Positions 48,057-59,900 of a stretch of DNA of 64,000 nt are shown piece by piece. The notes under the pieces were generated by a model. The model ran no database searches and was not told the DNA's origin. It worked only from the letters and a program-made list of their open reading frames with translations. The position numbers were made by a program, and so were the translations under genes. The stretch is taken from NCBI GenBank assembly GCA_051362555.1, contig CM120640.1, positions 10,230,001-10,294,000 of the forward strand, read 5' to 3'. The DNA is from Lingula anatina. Its lineage: Eukaryota > Animalia > Brachiopoda. Position 1 is the first letter of the stretch. Each line of letters opens with the position of its first letter.

Positions 48057-50763
48057 TGAGCGAGGCAGATAATATTTATTTGTCAATTAGAAGCTATAGG
48101 CAAGAGTTGGTTAAAATGTAAAGATTGACAGCTTCTCACAAATATTAATATTACCTGGTGCTCCTGTTGGTCCAGGTAAACCACGTTCACCTTTCATACC
48201 CTGAGCGCCCCTATCCCCCTTTTCCCCTTTCAAACCTGAAAATTATAAAACACAATGCGAGCAACTTTTTTGGAAGTCGTGGATGCCATCAAAGATGTTG
48301 GGGTGGGACCAGGGCTGGGAATACATGCCTCATAGGTAAAATATGGTTTAGTCTGTTTAGAAAAGATTTTTTTACAATCTTTACATAAAGGACAACGAAA
48401 AGACTACCCAGCAAACACTCACGTTCGGATCACGTAGCTATCACGTTGCTACCACATTATAACGTCATAGCAACGTGCTAGCCACGTGATCCGAACGTGA
48501 CGTGTTTGCTGGGTATTTCACTGCAATTACCAGATTCCCCTTGTTTTCCTCTATCTCCTCTTGGTCCTTGTATCCCTGGTTCTCCGCGATCACCTTTAAG
48601 TCCCCGTATTCCTGGAACCCCTGGGGGTCCGATGGGAAATTGCGGGGGATTTGATCTTCCACTCAAGTCTGAGTATTGTGTTAAATCGGGGAAAACACTA
48701 GGTTCTGCAAAATAATGGTATAGTGTTTAACTAGGCCTACTGACAAATATGCATTTGATTAAAAAAATTATGGTTAAAGAAATGTTCCGAACAAATGATT
48801 CAAATTACTCAAAAATATTCAATGATATTCATGAAATTTAATCTCCTACTACTACAAGTTTTGACTCAGTACATGTTGTAACAGCCCTACTCTGCCCAAT
48901 ACAAAATGAAAAATCAAAAATGCTGTGCGACATGAAGTGGTTCTCAGTTTTACTTGTAACATCTTAGAAAAGCTTATAGATTTGTCTTCTTCTGCATAAT
49001 TCAAACGATTCTATTCTTTTCTTTTAATATCTCTTGACATCTACCGTAAACAAACCTTCCCATTCAATTAAAATGTGAATTTATGTCCTTCACCTATTTA
49101 AACTAACTAATATATTTTAGCGTGAGAGAAATTACTTGGCGCAGGAGATAAAACAGCACGAGGAGGTATTCCAGGTTCTCCCTTCATTCCTTTTTCCCCT
49201 TTGATACCAGGTTGACCCCTGGGTCCTTGTTTTCCTTCAGGTCCATGATGACCCCTTGGTCCAGGTGGACAGTAGCAGGATTGGTTATATGGTGTACCAG
49301 TTCCATTCAAAACCTGAATGAAATGTTACCCGTTTGAAGGCAGAACGAAATAAGACGTGTTATTAGCCCAGACATCACATTTGTAGTAATATGATATCTG
49401 TAGATGACGTGTATTTATTATTAAGAATATTTTTACATAAAGCTTTTTGTCTCAGTTTTGCAGAGTATATTTATTCATTTGTGTATGATGATGTCTGTTA
49501 GTAATATAAGTGAATGTAAACTCCAGACTTACTTTGGATTCCATTCTGGAAATCCTGTCCTTAATATCATCAACGACCGAGCAGGAAAAGCACACTGCAA
49601 TGAAAAAAAAATTCTATAATTAAATATTATAGCATTACATTAGACATTACATTGAAGCGCATGTTTCTTTTAATATCGTAATGGAAAGCACTTTGATATA
49701 TGGGCTTATGGATTTTAATATTACTACGTTAAATCATAGAAGTAGAGAAAATGTTTTCTCTACTTCTATGGTTAAATCTAACTATTTCAAGCAAAAATGT
49801 TTAAGAAATGAAATAAAAGAGAGAGACCTTCTCCACAATCGCTGCCTCTGAAGCCAGGACAACATCTCCACTTTGTATGTGCCTTTACTTGATACGTCAT
49901 GCGATATATCAGTCTGGAATATACCATGTACATCTTTATCATACAAGCTCCCGCAAAAACACACAAACCAGTTCGAATTTTTTACCATAGGCTCAATCAA
50001 GCATTAGCAATTACAAATATTAAATAGTTCCTGTCATTTCGTAAATGTCTCATCAAATTAATCCATTTAAAGGCATATGTTTTCAATAAAATAATATTTG
50101 AATCTTATATTTCCAGTATTTTACCTATACGATGTAGGTCTACACCAATTTGTGCCGTACAGACATCTATTATAAACTGGAATACGAAACATTTTTGTAC
50201 ATGGAGCTAATCTTGTCACGGTTTGGGGACACCAGTTTCTAGAATAAAAATAGAGAAAAAACTTCTTAAAGCATATCACCCAAACCCAATATAGAGGCGC
50301 ATTTCACATGCTGAAGTGCCCAAAAATATAATTGAATGAATTCAAAATTGTATTTAACATACAGTATATCTGTCTAGATCAAAAACCCACGAATGTCTCA
50401 ATTTTAATTCAATTTTTAATTTTTACCACGTCTTTACATTATGTAAAGAGCCCTATATGGTAACGTATGTTTCGGTAACGTAACGTTCCCGGTCATTTAA
50501 TTTTAATTTAAGGATGTTTTTATAAATATTTAAACTGTAACTCAAGGGGCTAATAGGCCTACTACGTAACGTATGTCCCCCAGAAAAAATTGTCAGAAAG
50601 TTTCATTTTGTCCAAGTACTTGGTGCAATTGAAAACTTTTTTTCTGACCGAAAATATGTTGTAATTCCATGATAGTGATATAATATTAGGATTACGAGTG
50701 GAAAAAATAGTTGATTTAATTCATTTAATCCTTATTTTACTGTTGGTAGGGTGTAATTTCTCC

Positions 50764-50841
<78 letters not shown>

Positions 50842-52487
50842 GATTAAATCAATGACAAGCAAACTCCCTCAAAAACAATTAACTCCTCTATACAGGAGAT
50901 AATAATAATTTTTTCAACTTTATAGGCTGTATTCCCAGAGCTTTTAGATCGATCTATCCCCGCGGGGAGTCTCACTAGATTATTGTCAAATAATCCGGCT
51001 TAAATGTCCGTCCCGCCTACTACAAGCTGTAAGGGGGTAATTAACTTTCGTGTCCGCTCGGCTGACAGCTATTTAGCGTGAACCCCCAGGGAGATAGGTC
51101 GATCTAAAGTAGATCGATCTAATCTCTGGAAATGGGGTCATAGTTGTATTTGGGTTTAGGTGATATGTGCCAATATGTGGAAATATTAGCTGTGACCTGC
51201 GCTTAGACAAGGATTGTCTGAACCGGACATGGGTATAACTCGGCGTCGCGCCACCAAATATCTAGACTTGTATTCAGTTGTATTGAAAACTGTGCTTCAG
51301 TCTGGTTATCTGGTAACGACGGTTAGGACGCCATTGGATATTATACGGTAGTCCAGTTTGAAGGGCTCTTTTGTCCCTTCTTATAACACCCCACCTACTC
51401 CCGATACACCATTGGTTAAACCCTGGGCCTTAACTCTATAGGCAATATGGTTATTGAGTCTGAAGTAAAGTATTTTAAACTACAGAGTACATTTTATATC
51501 ACAAAATGAAATTCACAAAATACCAGGATAGCTGATAAGACCTATGTATATACTGTATTTTCTTCGGATGTAATAGGGTGGAATGTTACAAAACATTTCT
51601 GTATTTCCTGTCTGGGTTCCTGTTTTTTGTCGATAGAACCCTTCACTCCAAATTTCAATAAAAACGTCTTTGTTTTTTGGTAGAAGAGGCTTCATATTTT
51701 ATATTTGTTTTCCAATAAAGTATTCTTTCATTTGATTTTAACAAAGAAAAAAAGAAAAATGACACCCAATGAGGTCATACGTCGTTTGCGAAAATAACCT
51801 TCTTAACTGATTAATGAATTGATTGTATGGATTTTGAAAAATGAGAAAACTTTGTTTGCATTATTACAGTTGTTTTAATACTTAGTTTTTATTCCATTTA
51901 TCAATTATCGCTTTCCTTTGGTAATAAATGGGGCACTATGAATTGAAAACAATGACCTTTTGAATGTCGTCTGTGAAAAAAAGGATTTTTTTCCGATGTG
52001 ACGCACGACTTATATTTCATGTTTACTTTGCTAAAATAGAATGTTAACTGCTTAAAAACTATTTTGAAACATGTGAGTATCTACTTTATCTAATGAAAAC
52101 AATGTCATATTTCTGTCAGCGAAAAAGAACAACAATGCAGAGTAACCTTTTGGTGTCTGGCATTTTCTCAGCTGTAGTCAGGTTTCGGTAGCAATTGTGC
52201 GTATAGTAAATTCCGGGCTTTGAGAAAACTTGAATAGAAAGCATAAAGAAAAAAGTTTGCAATATTCTATAATTTGCACGTCTTCTTCACGCCGACCCGT
52301 CGTTATACGTGACTTTCTACACAATTATTAAGTTATAACGAATATGATTTGTTCTAGTTAAATATTATGAAAACCAGTTTCTAACAGTGATAGAACGTAA
52401 TTCTTACCTTTGAGCATTACTGTATCCTATCCCTGAAGCAGCAATGAAAATGCAGACATTGATATATACTACAGATACGATATCCAT
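46893..52487 (-). CDS. Secreted EMI-domain short collagen, COL26A1/EMID1-like (~360 aa, 10 exons)
   Basis: Exons 52408-52487 (signal peptide), 50125-50238 and 49828-49913 (EMI: RNWCPQTVTR...WRCCPGFRGSDC), 49533-49594 (CFSC...coiled coil), 49136-49313, 48531-48704 and 48155-48235 (Gly-X-Y), 47926-47963, 47526-47652 (coiled coil) and 46893-47035. All GT-AG and in phase. Confidence 0.88.
47825..47849. mobile_element. 25-bp P-element-like remnant (CA...TG ends) with an 8-bp direct repeat
   Basis: GTTGCAAC-CAAGGAGTTctgttatAACTCCTTG-GTTGCAAC. Confidence 0.5.
48016..48053. repeat. (CA)n microsatellite; a (TG)n tract also lies at ~45502-45532
   Basis: Direct reading. Confidence 0.95.
48407..48513. 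mobile_element. 107-bp palindromic MITE with EnSpm/CACTA-like CCCAGCAAACAC ends and TA flanks
   Basis: Near-perfect foldback CCCAGCAAACAC.CACGTTCGGATCACGT...ACGTGATCCGAACGTG..GTGTTTGCTGGG, about 17 nt from the donor site of collagen exon 6. Confidence 0.8.
49735..49770. mobile_element. 36-bp P-element-like remnant: 17-bp perfect inverted arms with a 7-8-bp direct repeat
   Basis: GTTAAAT-CATAGAAGTAGAGAAAA-tg-TTTTCTCTACTTCTATG-GTTAAAT. Confidence 0.6.
50768..50836. repeat. (TA)n microsatellite
   Basis: Direct reading. Confidence 0.97.
50925..51139. mobile_element. MITE with ~45-bp imperfect TIRs (Harbinger/PIF-like ends)
   Basis: Left arm CCAGAG..TTAGATCGATCTATCCCC..GGGG; right arm CCCC.GGGAGATAG.TCGATCTAA...CTCTGG. 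Confidence 0.6.
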
Positions 52488-54488
52488 CCTCTAGACTGAA
52501 TTTGATAGAACCCAGACTATACTAAAAGTGATATTATTTTTAATCTGAGAAAAACTCTGCACAACATCACGCGGATGACCCCACACCTGGCGCGGGACCA
52601 CTTCTGTCTGGCCTCAACAGGTGGGTTGCCTAACTGCAGTGATTACCCTAGGTTGTATAGTAGTTAGTGGTGAATCAAAGCTCTTCTTCCAGCTGAACCG
52701 TCTCTGTGCTGATCCCACCACAGTCTAATCTTGTGGCAGGCCCGGTGTAAGAGGAGGTCACATTACACAGGAACAACCACTTCAGTCACCAGAGGGAAAG
52801 CCTACTGATTCATCACCACCGTATGAAAATAGACAAAGAATACGTTGCATTATGTTACACCAACGAGGGAGGTAGGCCTCTGTGCTTCCTAAGCAGCACC
52901 TTACCCACACCTTGTGAAAAAGCCGATGTCTCACGGTACATTCACCTTGCTTTTTATTGTCGATAACACAGATAATCCACGGGGATCTTGACTCCCGGGG
53001 AAACTGATAGCGTGTAAAGTTCCATGTGATCTATTCTAAGCATTACTTCATCTTGTGTGGCATTGAACTGCTTTAATGGGTTGAACTTTTTTGTAACGGA
53101 CGACTCCCCAGCTTCATCTAGATTTTCTTTTTATAAGGTTTGATGGATGTCAATCAAATGAATTAAGCTATTCGAGAGGGTCTGGTTCAGTCCCAAACTA
53201 TCGTCACTTAACTGCCATTAGGATACAATGCCCTAACATAATAACAGAATGGGCTGGTATTGTCTCCGTGCTTTCAGCTTTGACAATGTTATATAAATTC
53301 CCGAGTAAACATATTCTACACTTAAATTATAGCTAGCTGGCCTGACACTAATACTTTAATCCCAAATAACGACTCTCAGAGCCCCGGTCGCAGCGAAAAT
53401 GGAGTAGATGGATGCGATAGTGGAGATTTTAACAGGTTGTTTAACCTCTTTCCTTCTCATTTCCTTCTGAATGCTACAGATAACGTAGCTGTCTCCACCA
53501 TCAGTCTCGGAGGTCACCGGAAACTCATCACCCCAGTGTCAGTATGTCTCTGCCGTTTGTAGCTTGTAGGGAGGCGACTTTCCAGTGACCTCTCACACTC
53601 AAGGTGACTTTTACACGGATCCTTTATCCAAATTCATCCCCATTCCAGTCGTTTTTTAAATATAGAACACAGTAGACAAGAACCAACCTAAAGCCCTATG
53701 TAGGCTGTTAGAGCGTTTACACTATGGTTTCAAAACTTGTCCTTATTGTCGCTCGCTAATCTTTAATGGGAGTTTCATTTTTACATACGACAAATATTAC
53801 TGTAATGAATTTAAGTTTGTATATCCAGCATCGGTTTGCAAAAACTCGGATATATAGTTTAATTTGAATTAAAATAGGAAATCTTAACGTTTTTAACGTC
53901 CTTTTTTTTCTTTCTTTGGTTTTAGCAGAATTTACGGCTCTGAAGATGCAGTTGACGTTTACAGAGAAAGGGAACTCTATGGCTCTTGTATATGATATTT
54001 TTAAATTAAAATTAAAATCAGTCTCTGTTTCGATGATATGTGTGTATTTATTTTCATCACACCAAACATACATGTATATTGTGTCAGTTGTCCCAATGAG
54101 GTAGGTTCCTGAGATCTAAAAACACTGAGTGGACGTTTAAGGTGGACATGTCTTTCTACACATTTGCCATAGCTAAGACATGAGTCAAAGCAACAATGTC
54201 CACTCCTACTTCTCTTATTTAATCACTTTTGCTTAACTTATAACTTAAAAACGGTAAAATAACGAAGGAATAGACATTCTCTTAGGCTAACAACGAACCA
54301 AATACCTGAGTATCGTTGACGCCTGTCGTTAAAACGCTCAAAATATCACAAATATATCTGAACAAACGCACACCTATAACGCTAGTACCTTTTCAACGTT
54401 TAAGTTGCACATCCAGGTCAGCAAACAATAAAAGCAATGGAAGACTGTGAAAGCTAGAATTTTCATGTTTTTCTTGTGAGTGTCTCAC

Positions 54489-56411
54489 TCAATTTATCTT
54501 TATTTCTGGGAGATCAAAAATGAAATCTACTTTCGGCTTTCCGCGAACGGGCTTCACAGCTATACCATTTTCTGTGTTCTCGGTTTTCCGAATAGGTTTC
54601 GGCATAGGTTTATTTCCAGTCGGTACAGGTGGTGCTACTGTCGAAGACCTCCGTCTTGCAGACAATGGAGGAGTCCCTTTGTCAGGGTTCATTTTACATT
54701 TCTCAAACTGCATGGTTTTAAGTTTGTGTGGCTCCGAAGAAATGTCGTTCAAGTTTTCAGTTGATAGCCCGATCCCGTGAAGACTGATGTCTGCGAGAGA
54801 TTTTAGCTCTGCGTTGTCGTTCACAGACAATGCACTGCGCGTGCCAGATGACAGTTTTCGGGGCTGTTCGTCATATTCCGGTGAACTGTTGGCGGAGTTA
54901 AGGTCAACCATGCTGCTCATTGTGCTCTCAGATCTAAAATAGAAAAAGCGAAATGGTGTGACACTAAATTCTACCCAGTGTTCAATACAGGGGTGGATCC
55001 AGGATTATTTGAAGGGGGTCCGTTTTTTAAGAATGACAGGACGCGGATGAGAAGCCGACCCTCGCCCCCCCCCCCCCCCCCCTACCCGTTGGCTTGGGGT
55101 TCGGGACCCACTAAAGGGCCCCGAAAAAAATTTGGTATTTTAGGGGGCCAACGGTGCCATTTAGTACGGTTTAGAACTATGATTTCGCTAGTCAAAATTC
55201 TAATTTCAAGAGGGGACCATTGGTGAGTTTTTCTTTCAGAAATCGAAGGGGGGGGGGGGGTCAGGACCCCCCTCCCCCGACACCACCTCAAATCCGCCAC
55301 TGGTTCAATGTAGCCTTTTTGAATTCAAACCCAAATTCAATAAAATCGAACAGCACACGCACATGTATTAAAAGCACTCAGCCTTTGCATATTAACAAAG
55401 TTGTAAAACACTTTAAGATCTTTTATCAAGGCTAAGAATATACTCACCCGACTGAATCTCGGGGCGGCAATGGCTTGTTAAAACCTTTCTTTCCAAGTAA
55501 CCAGTAGGTCGTTTGCAAACCTTTGCCCTGCAAGAATATATGTCACCGTGAGCAGTACCCACAAATGATGGCAACTGTTATTTCTGAATTTGAAAGCAAC
55601 AGTTATACACACAAAAGAAGCTTAATTAATTAGAAGTGGTTAAGTGTCGGAATACCTTCACTTCAATTACACCTCGCTCTGCAGTCTCGAAATCCCAGTC
55701 TAAATTTATAAGTGCTTCGTTCATGGCGCTGCTCATATGAATACACAAAGCTGAAATGATAAAGTTAATGCATTTCAAACATTTCATAGCTTTATACCCT
55801 GTGGCTACCCTCCACCAGGGCCACATATAGATTTTTTACAAGATATTAGCAAATATGTCCCTGGTTAATTCATGACACTTTTCTAGACTTTTGGAGAAAA
55901 GTGTACAAAATAAATCTTCATCCCTGGTACAGGGTACCCTGTGGCATACTTTGACTAAACAGCTCCTGTCTAATAGGCATAACATTAACATGGTATTTTA
56001 TTGCTCTTTAGAATAATTTTCCCTGATAAGATGTCACTTCTAAATACCAATTAACTAGTATATGAAAACCCCTTAAATTTTCTCTTACCTTTACCCGTAG
56101 ATTCCATCCTGGAAGCCATATTGACCGTGTCACCAAAAAGACAGTACCTTGGCATTGCCGTGCCCACCACACCCGCCACACAAGTACCCGTATGGAGACC
56201 AACTCTGAGCTGTAACTGTTCCTCGGGAAGATGGCGAATCTTAAAGTTCAGAACAGCACTGAGGAGATCTAAAGCAAGATTGGCTATTTCACCAGCGTGT
56301 CTGGGGCCGTTTCTCTGAGGTAGTCCGCTTACGCACATATACGCGTCACCAATAGTCTCAACCTGATGTTGTAAACATTCTCATATATATTTTTTCACTG
56401 AATCATGTCAC

Positions 56412-56465
<54 letters not shown>

Positions 56466-56870
56466 TGTGAGTGATGAAAAAATGGTCAAATATTTTAAAG
56501 AAGCAACTTTGGTCGAAATGAAACAAGCTTAAGGTCCGGGCCTTATTAAACTTTAGCCTGGATTGCTCTCGGTTTGCAAAACGTCAATATTTTAAATTTA
56601 CGGCTTATATAATAAACCTGCTAAGCTGCGCCTCAGACAGAAAAGAAAGAAAATCTAATATAGTATGCAAAGAAAAACCAACATATTGCAAAAATTTACC
56701 TTGTAAACATCGTGCGTCTCAATTATAGAGTCAAAGCAGGTGTACAGATCATTCAGAAGGTCAACGACCTGTAACAAACATTGGTAAACTTCACAAATAA
56801 CATAAATATATTACACTAGTGACTGTACACAGTATTTGTATTTTCTAGATAAAATCGAAAAGCAATCATT

Positions 56871-56918
<48 letters not shown>

Positions 56919-59900
56919 AGAAAAAAAGAAATGCAGAGTTATTCTTTGTATCTAATACCTGTAACGGATTGCTCTTAGCAGCAATAGTAGTAAATCCTAC
57001 GATATCTGAGAAGAAGATAGAAACTCCGTCAAATGTTTCTGGCTCTACAGGCTCCCCTCTTTTTAAGGCCTCTGCCACTGATCTACAACAAGAAAACAGA
57101 ACACATTGTTTGAAATTTATGTACAAGGAATAACATAGAAACCAATTTCATTCACTGCCTTGCATTTTACGTTTTAGACCAGTATCAAGGCATAAGCATT
57201 GCTAAGATCTTGTACTGCATTCAAACTGTATTTTTGCAACATGTATACATACATCTTTGACTGTATGGTTTTCATAAGTTCCTTTCTCTTCCCCTTTCGT
57301 GTGTTTTTTAACGTTTTCAGGCGTCCTTTATGGTATTTTTCAAAAGAGCAAACCTTCTACAAATCAACGTGATGGTGCAAACAAGGTTACGTACGGGGGT
57401 AGCATCCTGAAGAGCAGCATATCTGTTTTTTCTTTCTCCAATTCCAATTCCTCCGTTCTCTCTGCCACAAGGTCCTCGAGATTATTGGCATATGATTCCA
57501 TCATGTTCATCATGTTGTCCATTATGTTCACACGCCTTCAAACGAAACCGTTGTCAAGCTTTAAAATGACAATCCCTAAGGAACTACTTCAAAAGAACCG
57601 TTTAAAACTATCGAACACTGATTATTTTCCAACTATTTGAAACTTTTTTTAGTATATAATAGTAGACTTAGTATTCAATTCAGATAACTCAGATCACAGT
57701 TCCCTTACTTTCCGCCATTTAATGCCACTAATTTCTTCCTGACGATGCGGAAATCTGGCCTTGCCTCTGGTTCCTCACTCCAGCACATCTCCATTAGCTT
57801 ATGTGTCTCGGGTCTCATCTCCATATCGTGGACTACCTCGGGACGGTACGGGGGTTCCTCTCCGGCCATAACTGCCGTTATCACATCTTATGAAACATTC
57901 ATGATAACATATAGAATTCTTTGGTTAGAGTCTCTTGCTTCTCTGCTTTTCTGCTTCGTCATTTGTTTTGCTCCGAACATATGGCAAAAGAGCATATTTT
58001 TCTTTACAATGTACAAAATCGATCTTTATTCCAAAAACTTATCGTATCCCTTTTTAATAAAAAATTTCTACTTTAATCTTGTATACCTATTATTTTCAAA
58101 GGCACAAATTTACCATTTTTTGTTTCAAACGTGAAAAAAGAATGGAATATGAAGAAGAAACTTACCTTTAGGTGACAAATCATTGAAATAGTAAGGACCA
58201 GTTCTCATCATAATCTCCTGGAAGATGATGGCAAAACTATAGACATCTCCTTTTTGGGTACCCTTCGCTGGTCTGTCCTCCATTCGCAGCAGCTCTGGCG
58301 CTGTCCACAGGAGTCCTGAAGCAAGAAGACATGCACGTGCGGAACAGATTCACAGATTCACTGGTGGATTGGTAAAGAAACCTGTAATTTCTTAGACTTC
58401 GATCTATTTTCCAATTTTCCTATTCAGGAAAGTATCACAAAGCATGTGAACTGCGCGTGTATAAGTCGTGGAAATAAAACCTAGAGACGAAAGTTCAACG
58501 TAAAGTTTCATTCAATCCTAACAGGCAGCAAGAATATACTAATTCCAACTTCATTATAATATTTCGTTACTATTTTCGTTAGTTTACGCCTTCTGTTTTC
58601 ATGTCTTAATCGAATTGTGTGAATAACATTAAAAGCAACTGATATACGCTTTTCGAGAGGTACAACTATGCCATAAAATTATGCTTCACTGGACAAGCTA
58701 TACAAGTAATCAAGGGGCATCAAAAATTAAATCCCCTGAATTTAAAATCGCCTCACGTTACATATAATAATAATAATTTATGGAGGTCATCGCCCTGAAT
58801 GAGGTCTTACGTGTAAAATACTCGTGTTCTCCCATATCTTGGCTGTCTTCTCTATACACCTGGAGTGCACCGTAATCCGTCACCTTTAGGACCCACCTGC
58901 TGTCTATAACGCAGTTACTGGATTTAAGGTTACCATGTGAGCGAGTGGGGACTTTGTGTAAAAACTCCAACCCCTAGAGTGTATTTATACAAAACAAAGC
59001 ATTAAATCATTTTGATCAATCATTACAAGTTATACATATCTATTTTCAAGAGAGCAAGAGGTACCATAATCTTTCTTTATTTTTCTTGAGCATGTCATCA
59101 TAAAATGGTAATAAGAGAATATCTAAAAATTGCTACAAGTTACAACTATTTTGTTGAAATTATGCATTCTGGACAACTTATGGATATGATTTTTTTAATT
59201 GTAGGCTCAAAAATAAGTATAATGTAAACAGTATGTACACTGAAGCAGGGGCAGATCCAGGATTATTTGAAGGGGGCACGGATGTGAAGCCGACCCCCCT
59301 GACCCCCCTCCCCCCCCTCTAAATCTGCCACTGCACTGAAGTCTCGTCTTACCTTTGCTAAGTCTGTAGCGAATGACATTTTGAACATAAAGTCCAGCTT
59401 TATGTCGTCGTTTTCTATGACGTCCTGCAAACTTCCCTTGGTGCAGTACTGGGTAAGGATGCACGGGTTTGGCGGCTCCACACACGCACCAATAAAAGGG
59501 TTTAAGTTCTCGTGCTGCAGGTCACGAAGCTAAAATCACGTTTAAAAAAATTGGTTTTAACTTTATCTGTGTGTTTTTCCAAATACTTGACGTGGAATAA
59601 CCTATTTTGTGTTATATCCGTGTATTTTTACGAGGCTCATTTTCAAATATAAAAAGAAAAGAGCAGAGAAAAGAAAACAAATGGATAAATATTGGAATAA
59701 GATAAGATAATAATTCATTAAACCGGGAATCTTTTGCCCTGTATAGTAGCGCCTTTTTTTAAGATAAGATAATAATAAGTAGACGAAGAAATAAATAGAT
59801 AAATGAATAGATAGAAAAACCTTTATAATCTTACCATTTTAAACTCTCTGATTGCTTCTTTGTTTATGATAACCTTTTTTCGCATTCCTTTTATTGCAAC

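Noticed and set aside
52500-53700. GC-richer stretch upstream of the collagen gene
   Set aside because: No ORF, repeat structure or RNA motif that I can support; possibly regulatory.
56866-56920. Poly-Lys C-terminus of ORF 56866-57126
   Set aside because: Intronic poly-A/T tract read through past the real donor at ~56958.
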